Source: an uncultured virus (IMG/VR IMGVR_UViG_3300044639_002137) (Duplodnaviria; Heunggongvirae; Uroviricota; Caudoviricetes). Taken from it: a stretch of 20,000 bases of DNA. The translations under genes were made by a program, and so were the position numbers. Below the pieces are notes generated by a model. The model did no database searches, was not told the DNA's origin, and saw nothing but the letters and a program-made list of their open reading frames with translations. Positions 1-8,606 of this stretch are shown here, piece by piece. Each line of letters starts with the position of its first letter. Position 1 is the stretch's first letter. Where the stretch lies: the IMG/VR virus record IMGVR_UViG_3300044639_002137. The stretch is one strand, 5' to 3'.

Positions 1-3000
1 GTGGAAATGTTAGCGGTGCATACTTCCTTGGTGATGGTAGTCAATTAACAAATTTACCTGCAGGAAATTACAGCAATGCCAATGTCACAGCATACCTGCC
101 CACATACACAGGTAACCTGGTCAGTCTAGCCGGTCCAGTAACAACCACTGCTAATATCACTGGTGCTAATATTCGTGCGACTGGACAAATAACAGCCACA
201 GGCAACGTCACAGCAGGCAATGTTGATACCAGCAGAGTCAATGCTGCTACGGTTACTGTCAGCGGGCCAGTTAGTGCAAGTGGCAATGTCACTGGTGCGT
301 ACTTCTTGGGTGACGGTAGTCAGTTAACCAATCTACCTGCTGGTAATTACAGCAATGCCAATGTTGCTGCTTACTTGCCCACATACACTGGCAACTTGGT
401 CAGTTTAACAGGTCCGGTAACAACCACAGCCAACATCACTGGCGGCAATTTGTTAACCAGTGGTCAAGCCACAGTCACTGGCAATATCACAGCAGGCAAT
501 GTAGACGCCACCAAAGTCAATGCTGTCACTGTGGCGGCCAGCGGCTCAATCAGTGCTGTTAGCAACATCACCGGCAACAATCTAATTGGTGTCACTGTAA
601 CCGGAACCACTGTTACTGCCACAGCCAACGTGGTTGGCGGCAATATCACCACAGCTGGACAGATTTCATCTACAGGAAACATAACTGGTGGTAATCTCAG
701 TGTCCCTGGTGGAACAGTCTCAAGTCTCACAGTTAGTGCCTCAGGAAATATTCGAGGCGGCAATCTTGTTACGCCAGGATTTATCACAGCCACAGGCAAT
801 ATCACAGGCGGCAATGTAGACACTGGCAACATACATGCTGGCAATGTAAATGTTGATAGTGTCGTAAGTGCCCAAGGCAATGTGTATGGAGATAACTTTG
901 TTGGCAACGGGTTAGTAATTTTTGGAAATGCGTCACTGGGCAATACTTCTGTATCTGGAACCATTGGTGCCACTGTTGTCAGCGCATCAGGCAATGTGAT
1001 TGGTGGAAACTTACTGACCACTGGTCAAGTCAGTGCCAGCGGCAATGTGTCAGGCAACTATTTTGTTGGTAACGGTGCGTTACTAACAGGTATCACAGTA
1101 TCAGCTGGATCATCACTGTTGAATGGCAACAGTAATGTTGTTGTGGCTACCAATGGCAACGTCACAGTTGGTGTAAGTGGAATCAGCAACATAGCACAGT
1201 TTGCCAACACCGGTGCATATGTCACTGGTGTCATTAGTGCCACAGGCAACATAACAGGCAGTTATTTGCTTGGTAACGGTGCATTTATCACAGGATTACC
1301 AGCAGGATACAGCAATGCTGATGTGGCCAACTACCTGCCAACATATTCGGGCAACTTACCAAATTTAACCGGACTAGTATCAACCACAGGCAACATTGCT
1401 GGCAATTACTTTATTGGTAACGGTAGTTTATTGACAGGTGTAACAGCATCTGGAGTCAACGCCAATGCACTAACCGGCAACACATTAAGTTCAAATGTAT
1501 TGAACTCCAGTCTAACGTCGGTTGGCACCCTGAGCAATCTGATTGTAACAGGAAACACAACTAGTGGTAATTTATCAACTGGTGGATTAATCAGTGCAAC
1601 TGGCAACATAACCGGCAATTATATCCTGGGCAACGGTGCATCGCTGACTGGTGTGATTACCAGTGTGGCCAACATCAATCTTGGCACATCAAATGTTACT
1701 GTTGTTAGCTCTGGCGGCAATGTCTCTGTTGGCATAGGCGGAACAAGCAACATAGCAGTATTTGCCACAACAGGCGAATATGTTACTGGCCTAATTAGTG
1801 CAACAGGTAATATCACTGGCAGTAACTTACTCACTGCTGGATTGATATCTGCAACCGCTAATGTTACTGCTGGTAACATTAACACAGTGGGATTGATAAC
1901 AGCAACCGGCAATGTTAGTGGTAATTATTTTATTGGTAATGGTAGTCAATTAACAGGTGTTGCAGCATCTAGTGTAAATGCTGATGCACTAATTGGCAAC
2001 ACTCTAAGTTCAAATGTATTAAACTCGAGCCTAACATCAGTCGGCAATTTGGTTAGTCTAAGTGTGGTTGGAAACACAACCGCAGGTAATTTACTAACAG
2101 GTGGCTTGATAAGTGCAACTGGTAACATTACAAGTGCTACCAATATTTCGGGTGGCAACGTTGTCACAGGAGGCCTAATATCAGCAACTGGCAATGCCAC
2201 CGTTGGTAATTTAAGCACAGCAGGGTTGATTACTGCAACTGGTAATATTTCTGGCAACAATATTTTTGCCACAGGACTTGCAAGTGTCACAGGCAATGTA
2301 GCTGCCGGCAACGTCAACACCAGTGCTATTAGACCTGTCAGCGGGCCATTGACAATTACCACTGCGTCAGGCAATTTGAATCTGCAACCAGCAGGCAATA
2401 TTGTGTTGGCCAACACCTATATCAACAGTGTGGCATATCCAGCACAAGATACTGATGCTGCAACAAAATTGTATGTTGACAACATGGTGTCAACTGCTAT
2501 AGCGTATCACACACCTGTATATGCAGCTACCACTACCACACTGGCTTCTAGCACAGGCGGAACAATTACATATGCTCAACCCAACGGCGCGGCCAATGGG
2601 GTTGGTGCAACGCTGACCACCACAGGCTCATTTAATCTAGTTGATACCAGCAATGTTCAGACACTGGGCACACGTATTTTGGTCAAGGATCAGGCCGATG
2701 CGGTACAAAACGGCATTTACACCTGGGCCAATGCCACAGCAATTGTTCGAGCCACTGATGCAGACGAATATGGACCAGATAGTTCACAACAAATAAGTGT
2801 AAACGATTATTTCTTTACCAGCACTGGCAATGTTAATGTTGGATCAGCCTTTATAGTTAATTCACCAACGGGCACTATTACTTTTGGCACAAGCAACATT
2901 ACTTTTGCTCTGTTTAGTCAAACAACAGCGTATACTGCCAACGTTGACGCTGGACTAAGTCTAACTGGCACTGTATTCTCAGCCAAGGTTGATCTGAATA

Positions 3001-6000
3001 CCACAGCATTTGATGCTGGTGGAAATATTATTGTCAAAGCAGGAGCCAATCTTACCACACCCAATATTGGTGCTGCCACCGGCACAAGCCTGAGTTTGAT
3101 TGGCAATGTCAACAGTGGAAATGTCAACACCAGCGGCTTGATTTCAGCAACTGGCAACATTACAAGTGCTGCCAATATTTCAGGTGGTAATGTTCTAACA
3201 GGCGGTTCAATAAGTGCAACTGGCAACATTACTGGCAATTACTTTGCTGGCAACGGTGCAGGACTTTCTAATGTCATTGCTTCCGGCGGCGTAGGCAATA
3301 CTATTACACTGGGCACACCCACAGACGGTAGCCTAACAGCCAATGTTGCTTACCCTGGATGGACCACAGGTACTTTTGTTACTGATGGTCTGGATGATCT
3401 AAACCAGGTGTCATTGAACATTGCCAACAGTACCTACGTGGGCAATGCCTATATCACTGCCAACGTTTATTCTGGACCCAGTCCGTTGACAGTGGCATTC
3501 ACCAGTTATTACATTGGTAATCCCAACAGTTTCTTGTGGCAGTTTGGAGATGGCACAGCCAATGCCACCACAGCCAATGCGGTTCATACCTTTAGCAATA
3601 CACTAGGCGGAACTTTTACTGTGAACTTCACTGCCTTCAATACCAATGGAACCTACAACGGCAACGCGGCCAATGGTGCCAAAGGATCCACTAGCAGTGC
3701 CAACATTTCGAACATTGTGTTGTACACTCCAAGTCCAATACCGTCATTTACTCTAAGCAGCAACAGTTTCAACACAGGCAACACCATAACCATAACCAAC
3801 ACCAGCCAGTATGTGGTCTGGTATGACCTGAGTTTTGGCGATGGTACTGCTAATTTTGCTGCTGGTCCAGGTCTGGGCAATACCTCATTTACCAATGTAA
3901 CTCATCAGTACAATTCCGTGTCGTCCAACGCAGACAGTTTGTACAGTGCAGTTCTAAGTGGCACCAGCAACACCGCCGGACCGGGCAACGTTACTGTGGT
4001 ATCATTGGCCAGCAACGTCAAAGTTTATGCTCCTCAAACCGGCAATGTGTTTGTCACTGCCAATCGGGCCAACGTGATCAACGGCCTAGGTGGTATAAGT
4101 TTCCGCAACGACTCAAATGGCACGCCAGGAAACACAGCCAGTTTTGGTGCACAACAATTGTACAACTTCAACTACGGTGACGGCAATATCAGCAACGTCA
4201 ATGTAGGAACAGGAATTGCGGGTAATCCAGCAGCAGCCAATGTCACAAACACCTTTGTGTTGAGTGCTGCCAACCAAGCCGGCAACGTTTATCAACAGTT
4301 CACAGCTAATTTGTATCTGTATACTGGTTACAGCAGCAGCCCAGCCCAAAGTGGCAATATCACAATCACAATAGAACCTCAGGTGCGTGGCAACTATATT
4401 GGAACCACCGCCAACGTTGTGACAGATGCCACTGCCAACACAGGCAATGCCAGAGTGGGATATCTCTATACTGATTATAATACTTCCAACAGATCAACGT
4501 TTACATTCCAGAACACCAGTCAGAACAGTAATCTGGCCAACTGGTCCTGGGGTGACAGCACATTCAGCAACGGTGTATCAAATGTGGGCAACACTCTGCA
4601 CACCTACAACAGCACTGGTGCGTTCACAGTGGCACTCACGGCCAATGGCACACCCAACGGTATAACCAGCACTGCTCAAAGCAACACAATCTCCAATGTT
4701 GGTTATATTTTTATTGCTGTGAATCCCACAGCACCAACTAATCTTAGTGGATACTCCAACTTGGCCATAGCCAACACCAGCCAAGGAACCAGTCCGTTGT
4801 TGGCGGCTGGAGCAACAGATGCCTCAGGCGGCAACATTGTGGCCAATGGTGCCAGTGTCACACGTTTTGCAACAACCACCCCAATTGCCACTGCTGCCAA
4901 TATTATCAATGCCAACACAGGCATAAGTTCAACTCAGTTGACAGCCAACCTGTTTGCCTATGTCAACAATGCTGATGCCGGCAATGTGACATTTAGCAAT
5001 GTGAGCAACACAGTCGGAACCTCGGGCGCATTGGTAATCACTCAAGATCGAGACTTGCATGTGGCCAATGCTGCTGTGCCAAGTTACTTCTACAAGGTGT
5101 TCAATGCCAATATTTCGTGTGCCCTCAGCAGCTTGAGCACTGGTTACAACAACTACAAATTGGTAGATTCTGTAACAGGCAACACCAACTATGTGGGATT
5201 TGTCAAAGACAATTTGAATTCAGCACCTAGCCTGGTCACTGCCAGTACCACTTTGGTTGAAGCCACAGCAGGCACCTATCGATATATTTCAGGTATTCCT
5301 TACTACAACACAGGATCACCCACAATTACCATTGCCACACTGGCAGTGGCAAACTTGTCTGGACAAACATTTAGAAGTGCAGATCCGTTTGTGTTGGCCA
5401 GTGGAACAGTGATTGAAGGATCTGGGGCCATATTATCTGCAACACAGACCAAGGCACTTGGCACAATCAACAATGCTGGCAACAGCTTCCTGACAGGAGC
5501 CAATCTAAATGCCAATGTGGGTGTTGGTTCATCTTACACACTTGGCAACTTGACTGCCAACCTAACAGGAGCCAACAACAGCGTGGCCACTTTGCAGGCC
5601 AACATATTCAACGTGATAGGAACCAGTGCCACTGTGCAATTGCCAGCAAATATACAGATGTATGCAGGCGCAAACTCTGGCGTAAACGAACAGGCAATCA
5701 CTTGTACACCCACTGCCAACACACAAGCAGCCATAAGAATTGTGATGAGCACCGCAGGCAACACTCCTGTATTTTCTAATTCAACCAATTTTTACACTGC
5801 CAACGCCTGGTCCGGAGCACAAACCATTGCTGGAACACCAGAAGCTGTGGTTCGATACGGTGTGCTCAAACAGTATGCAGTTGATCTCAGCACAGGATAT
5901 TTGCCAGTAGGACCAAACTTGTCAGTCACTGGCGGCCGCACCAGCACACAGTACTTTACTTTTGCATTTGCAAGACCAAGCCTGGCAAACTTTGATATTA

Positions 6001-6380
6001 GATTAACCACAACCACAGGTGTTGCAGGTGTATGGCTGGCTGCACCAGGAACCACAATAGACACAGGCGGATTCACCTCACCCACACCGGGATTCCCAGG
6101 ACCTACTAGTACCATCAACGGATGGTTGGAAGCATCTACACAATATGCCGGATCAGGCGTTCCCGGTGCAGCCACTGGCACCGGCGGCAATGGTTCAAAT
6201 GGATGTGCCTTGACCGGGGCAGATGTAATTCCATTAAATACAGTAATCTCTAACGTAGCTTACACAATGACCCTAGGATCTCAAAATGCCGCCAACAGCA
6301 CTGGTACCAATATTCTAATTAGAATTGCATTAGCGGCCGGGCAGTCCATCACAGACCTGCAGATAGGAGTAGCATCTTAA
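1..6380 (+). CDS. 5'-truncated giant virion fibre/structural protein (>2100 aa): Gly/Asn/Thr beta-repeat shaft, DAATKxYVD/RILVKDQ module, four PKD-like domains, non-repetitive C-terminal domain
   Basis: The frame of ORF 306..6380 is open from position 3 (GNVSGAYFLGDGSQLTNLPAGNYS...), so the true start lies upstream and the TTG at 306 is internal. It contains GNIT/GNVT repeats, YFxGNGSxLTG motifs, AYPAQDTDAATKLYVDN and RILVKDQADAVQNGIY (phage fibre motifs), and WQFGDG/SFGDG/NYGDG/WSWGD PKD-type motifs. Stop TAA at 6378-6380. Confidence 0.85.
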   Translation, partial: GNVSGAYFLGDGSQLTNLPAGNYSNANVTAYLPTYTGNLVSLAGPVTTTANITGANIRATGQITATGNVTAGNVDTSRVNAATVTVSGPVSASGNVTGAYFLGDGSQLTNLPAGNYSNANVAAYLPTYTGNLVSLTGPVTTTANITGGNLLTSGQATVTGNITAGNVDATKVNAVTVAASGSISAVSNITGNNLIGVTVTGTTVTATANVVGGNITTAGQISSTGNITGGNLSVPGGTVSSLTVSASGNIRGGNLVTPGFITATGNITGGNVDTGNIHAGNVNVDSVVSAQGNVYGDNFVGNGLVIFGNASLGNTSVSGTIGATVVSASGNVIGGNLLTTGQVSASGNVSGNYFVGNGALLTGITVSAGSSLLNGNSNVVVATNGNVTVGVSGISNIAQFANTGAYVTGVISATGNITGSYLLGNGAFITGLPAGYSNADVANYLPTYSGNLPNLTGLVSTTGNIAGNYFIGNGSLLTGVTASGVNANALTGNTLSSNVLNSSLTSVGTLSNLIVTGNTTSGNLSTGGLISATGNITGNYILGNGASLTGVITSVANINLGTSNVTVVSSGGNVSVGIGGTSNIAVFATTGEYVTGLISATGNITGSNLLTAGLISATANVTAGNINTVGLITATGNVSGNYFIGNGSQLTGVAASSVNADALIGNTLSSNVLNSSLTSVGNLVSLSVVGNTTAGNLLTGGLISATGNITSATNISGGNVVTGGLISATGNATVGNLSTAGLITATGNISGNNIFATGLASVTGNVAAGNVNTSAIRPVSGPLTITTASGNLNLQPAGNIVLANTYINSVAYPAQDTDAATKLYVDNMVSTAIAYHTPVYAATTTTLASSTGGTITYAQPNGAANGVGATLTTTGSFNLVDTSNVQTLGTRILVKDQADAVQNGIYTWANATAIVRATDADEYGPDSSQQISVNDYFFTSTGNVNVGSAFIVNSPTGTITFGTSNITFALFSQTTAYTANVDAGLSLTGTVFSAKVDLNTTAFDAGGNIIVKAGANLTTPNIGAATGTSLSLIGNVNSGNVNTSGLISATGNITSAANISGGNVLTGGSISATGNITGNYFAGNGAGLSNVIASGGVGNTITLGTPTDGSLTANVAYPGWTTGTFVTDGLDDLNQVSLNIANSTYVGNAYITANVYSGPSPLTVAFTSYYIGNPNSFLWQFGDGTANATTANAVHTFSNTLGGTFTVNFTAFNTNGTYNGNAANGAKGSTSSANISNIVLYTPSPIPSFTLSSNSFNTGNTITITNTSQYVVWYDLSFGDGTANFAAGPGLGNTSFTNVTHQYNSVSSNADSLYSAVLSGTSNTAGPGNVTVVSLASNVKVYAPQTGNVFVTANRANVINGLGGISFRNDSNGTPGNTASFGAQQLYNFNYGDGNISNVNVGTGIAGNPAAANVTNTFVLSAANQAGNVYQQFTANLYLYTGYSSSPAQSGNITITIEPQVRGNYIGTTANVVTDATANTGNARVGYLYTDYNTSNRSTFTFQNTSQNSNLANWSWGDSTFSNGVSNVGNTLHTYNSTGAFTVALTANGTPNGITSTAQSNTISNVGYIFIAVNPTAPTNLSGYSNLAIANTSQGTSPLLAAGATDASGGNIVANGASVTRFATTTPIATAANIINANTGISSTQLTANLFAYVNNADAGNVTFSNVSNTVGTSGALVITQDRDLHVANAAVPSYFYKVFNANISCALSSLSTGYNNYKLVDSVTGNTNYVGFVKDNLNSAPSLVTASTTLVEATAGTYRYISGIPYYNTGSPTITIATLAVANLSGQTFRSADPFVLASGTVIEGSGAILSATQTKALGTINNAGNSFLTGANLNANVGVGSSYTLGNLTANLTGANNSVATLQANIFNVIGTSATVQLPANIQMYAGANSGVNEQAITCTPTANTQAAIRIVMSTAGNTPVFSNSTNFYTANAWSGAQTIAGTPEAVVRYGVLKQYAVDLSTGYLPVGPNLSVTGGRTSTQYFTFAFARPSLANFDIRLTTTTGVAGVWLAAPGTTIDTGGFTSPTPGFPGPTSTINGWLEASTQYAGSGVPGAATGTGGNGSNGCALTGADVIPLNTVISNVAYTMTLGSQNAANSTGTNILIRIALAAGQSITDLQIGVAS
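3..530 (+). repeat. Tandem 279-nt (93-aa) intragenic duplication
   Basis: GNV(S/T)GAYFLGDGSQLTNLPAGNYSNANVxAYLPTYTGNLVSLxGPVTTTANITG...GNVD starts at 3 and again at 282. A partial third copy (LPAGYSNADVANYLPTYSGNL) lies near 1296. Confidence 0.9.
1401..2132 (+). repeat. Dispersed intragenic duplication of about 71 aa (1401-1613 vs 1920-2132, offset 519 nt)
   Basis: GNYFIGNGSxLTGVxASxVNAxALxGNTLSSNVLNSSLTSVGxLxxLxVxGNTTxGNLxTGGLISATGNIT occurs twice. DNA taagttcaaatgtatt is at 1486 and 2005. Confidence 0.9.
2305..3110 (+). repeat. Inter-gene duplicated module, copy 1 (copy 2 at about 10725-11530)
   Basis: Collinear with offset 8421 nt (accagtgctattagacc at 2319/10740; cccaatattggtgctgc at 3060/11481). 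Near-identical peptide NTSAIRP...LTITTASGNLNLQPAGNIVLANTYINS...DAATKxYVDN...RILVKDQAxAVQNG...LTTPNIGAATGTS. Confidence 0.9.
3468..4660 (+). other. Four tandem PKD/Ig-like beta-sandwich domains within CDS 1
   Basis: Domain 1: SGPSPLTVAFT...FLWQFGDGT...HTF...FTVNFTAFN. Domain 2: PIPSFT...ITITNTS...YDLSFGDGT...HQY. Domain 3: ISFRNDS...YNFNYGDGN...NTF. Domain 4: FTFQNTS...NWSWGDST...HTYNSTGAFTVALTA. Each resembles the PKD WDFGDG...HTY...YTVTL consensus. Confidence 0.75.
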
Positions 6381-7870
6381 TGGCTGCTTCTTTTAACGAA
6401 TCACAAAAAATTGACTATCTTTGGAAAAAGGTTGGCTACGGCGTAACCAAAACAGCCGAGCCTGCATCCAAAGAAGCCTTCAACGAAAGCATTGCTAGTC
6501 CGCTGCTGTATCGCGGCGATCTTATCTGGACACAGAGTGGAGACATACCCGCTTCACCGCCTGCCAATACCACACCACTAGTACAGGTGTATAAGGATGG
6601 CGGCGGAGCCGGATACAGTCCTACAGTACAATGTACAGAAGATCTCACAGCACCAGACAATCAAACCTGGAAAACAAACTCAATCAACTGGATTCCCACA
6701 CAGTTTGGTGACAATTATCTAGTACAGGTATATGCTGCTGCACCTGGCATTACCAATGCTCAAACAGTAGGTACCAAGTTGTTTGGTGCAGGATCGGGTG
6801 CAGACGACACCTGGTTCTTTGACTATCAATCAGGTGTGTTGAACTTCAATGGTGCAACAATACCAGCAGCTATTGGTACCGGAACAGCCAACACAATTTA
6901 TGTTGTGGGTTATAGATATGTGGGTGAATTTGGTGTAGACACTACATTCATCAGCAACGGTACCAGCAATGTAACTATTGCTAGCGCCAATGCCAACATC
7001 ACCATGAGTGTGAATGGCACAGGCAATGTGGTTGTTATCGCCAACACAGGTGCATATGTTTCTGGAGCAGTAAGCGTATCGGGCAATATCACCGGCGGCA
7101 ACATACTGTCAGACAACTATTATTACGCCAATGGTACACCAGTACCGCCAGGTGTGATATACACTGCCAACACATCACCTCCGGTATCACCTGCACCCAA
7201 GGTAACTGATCAGTGGTATGATACTGCCAACGATGTGCTGTATGAATATCTTGATGATGGCACAAGCACCTACTGGATTGACACAACTAGTCCTGCCTTT
7301 GCTGGCGGAGTAGTTGCCAACGTGGCAATTTCTGGTACCTTGGTGCCAGTTGCAAATGTCACCTATGACATTGGTACTAGCACAGTGTATTTCCACAACA
7401 CCTACACACAGAATCTTTATACCAACAACAGATTGCCTGCGTATAACATGCCACTGGGTGCAGTGGTACAAACAGTAATGAGTTCAAGTCTTGGGGGCAG
7501 TATCACAAACAGCACCAGTTATGCTGACATCAGTTATGCCAATGTGACTATTACCCCATCAAGTGCAACCAGCAAGGTCTTTGTCATTGCCACCGGCACC
7601 GCTAGTTTTACATCACTGGCAGGACAAGACGTCACTGCCGACACTCAGTTGGTCAGAAGCCCCAGCACCAGTTTGCAAATACAAACATGCGGAACAACAG
7701 TTTCAGGCGGCGGCATTGGTGTTACCGGTTCTGTATCTTACAGTTATGTGGATAACCCAGGAACCACATCACCAGTGACCTATAAATTACAACAAAAAGT
7801 GTCCAACGCCAGCAGTACACTGACCAGCACAAACATTTGGTTGATAGCCATGGAGATCACCGCATCATGA
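6380..7870 (+). CDS. Phage virion structural/fibre protein (496 aa): N-terminal globular domain, shaft modules, internal Trp/Tyr module, C-terminal fibre-tip-like domain
   Basis: ATG overlaps the upstream TAA (TAATG), with AGGAG at 6365-6369. N-terminus is QKIDYLWKKVGYG, with an internal NGTSNVTI...ANTGAYVSG knuckle and WYDTANDVLYEYLDDGTSTYWID. The C-terminal GAVVQTV...VTITPSSATSKVFV...YVDNPGTTSPVTYKLQ...LIAMEI resembles small tip domains of aquatic phage fibres (from memory). Confidence 0.8.
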   Translation: MAASFNESQKIDYLWKKVGYGVTKTAEPASKEAFNESIASPLLYRGDLIWTQSGDIPASPPANTTPLVQVYKDGGGAGYSPTVQCTEDLTAPDNQTWKTNSINWIPTQFGDNYLVQVYAAAPGITNAQTVGTKLFGAGSGADDTWFFDYQSGVLNFNGATIPAAIGTGTANTIYVVGYRYVGEFGVDTTFISNGTSNVTIASANANITMSVNGTGNVVVIANTGAYVSGAVSVSGNITGGNILSDNYYYANGTPVPPGVIYTANTSPPVSPAPKVTDQWYDTANDVLYEYLDDGTSTYWIDTTSPAFAGGVVANVAISGTLVPVANVTYDIGTSTVYFHNTYTQNLYTNNRLPAYNMPLGAVVQTVMSSSLGGSITNSTSYADISYANVTITPSSATSKVFVIATGTASFTSLAGQDVTADTQLVRSPSTSLQIQTCGTTVSGGGIGVTGSVSYSYVDNPGTTSPVTYKLQQKVSNASSTLTSTNIWLIAMEITAS

Positions 7871-8538
7871 TAACCTTGTTTCATGCTATACAGAGTCTGG
7901 TGCCCGGAGCAGAAGTCAGTGTGGGCATGTATGACAAAGCAATAATCTGGCACAAGCCCGAAACAGCTCCAGTGACCACGGCACAAATACTCGAAGAGCA
8001 ACGGCGACTGCAACAGGCCTATGACTGGAACATGTATCAACGGAATCGTGCCAGAGAATATCCCAGCGTACAAGAACAACTGGATGCACTGTATCACGCC
8101 GGAGTTTTTCCAGCACCAATGGCAGCCAGAATAAGAGCAGTAAAAGAAAAATATCCACGTCATCCAATGGGTGATTCATCAACAACAAATCCACAAACGG
8201 TTGAAAATCCAGTGGCAAAAATGACAGTTGATCAATGGCTGGCAGAAGAAACAAAAATAACTGATCAGGAATGGCTGGCCCAACAACAATCAGCCAGCCC
8301 AATGTCTAGAGAACAGTGGTTGGCCAGCCAGCAACAGATCAAGATCACTCATGCACCAACATTGTTGCGAGATTCTCGCCCTACCATGACAGCAGAAGAA
8401 TGGTTGGCACAGCAAACAGCTCAGGCAAATGAGCCAATGATGACTAGAGAACAGTGGCTCGAACAACAAAAAACCGCTCTGCAACCGCGTCAAATGACCC
8501 GAGAACAGTGGTTGGCAGAGCAAGCAAACATAAAATAA
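7867..8538 (+). CDS. Putative tail-fibre assembly/chaperone-like protein with a C-terminal WL-repeat extension (223 aa)
   Basis: The ATG at 7867 overlaps the TGA of the upstream gene (ATGA), with GGAG at 7852-7855, so it is preferred over 7837. The N-terminal 98 aa (AIQSLVPGAE...YQRNRAREYPSVQEQLDALYH...IRAVKEKYP) match, from memory, the small proteins that follow fibre-tip genes in aquatic phages. Confidence 0.7.
   Translation: MITLFHAIQSLVPGAEVSVGMYDKAIIWHKPETAPVTTAQILEEQRRLQQAYDWNMYQRNRAREYPSVQEQLDALYHAGVFPAPMAARIRAVKEKYPRHPMGDSSTTNPQTVENPVAKMTVDQWLAEETKITDQEWLAQQQSASPMSREQWLASQQQIKITHAPTLLRDSRPTMTAEEWLAQQTAQANEPMMTREQWLEQQKTALQPRQMTREQWLAEQANIK
8221..8523 (+). repeat. Six dispersed copies of a 10-aa motif (M/I)(T/S)xx(Q/E)WLxx(Q/E)
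   Basis: MTVDQWLAEE (8221), ITDQEWLAQQ (8257), MSREQWLASQ (8302), MTAEEWLAQQ (8386), MTREQWLEQQ (8440), MTREQWLAEQ (8494). DNA gagaacagtgg recurs three times. Confidence 0.9.
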
Positions 8539-8570
8539 TACAGACTGTAATTTCTAAATCTGTTTTTTTT
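8532..8570 (+). terminator. Possible weak intrinsic terminator
   Basis: ACAGA (8540-8544) and TCTGT (8559-8563) form an inverted repeat, extendable by AT pairs, running into a T8 tract (8563-8570) just after the stop. The stem is AT-rich with a large loop, so support is weak. Confidence 0.3.
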
Positions 8571-8577
8571 ATAAATA
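8570..8577 (+). promoter_or_regulatory. T4-type late promoter box TATAAATA
   Basis: Exact match to the T4 gp55-dependent late promoter consensus. It lies in the only substantial intergenic gap, about 30 nt upstream of the ATG at 8607 of a structural gene. Confidence 0.7.
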
Positions 8578-8593
8578 CAATATAACCAATACC

Positions 8594-8598
8594 AGGAG
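8594..8598 (+). promoter_or_regulatory. Shine-Dalgarno AGGAG for CDS 8607
   Basis: AGGAG lies 8 nt upstream of the ATG at 8607. Confidence 0.75.
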
Positions 8599-8606
8599 CT
8601 AAATTA

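Noticed and set aside
306..308. TTG start given for the 2024-aa ORF
   Set aside because: The frame is open from position 3 and contains an earlier copy of the same repeat, so the gene starts upstream of the window.
7837..7866. Upstream start for the 233-aa ORF
   Set aside because: The ATG at 7867 gives an ATGA coupling with the upstream stop and has GGAG at suitable spacing. The extra 10 codons lie inside the previous gene.
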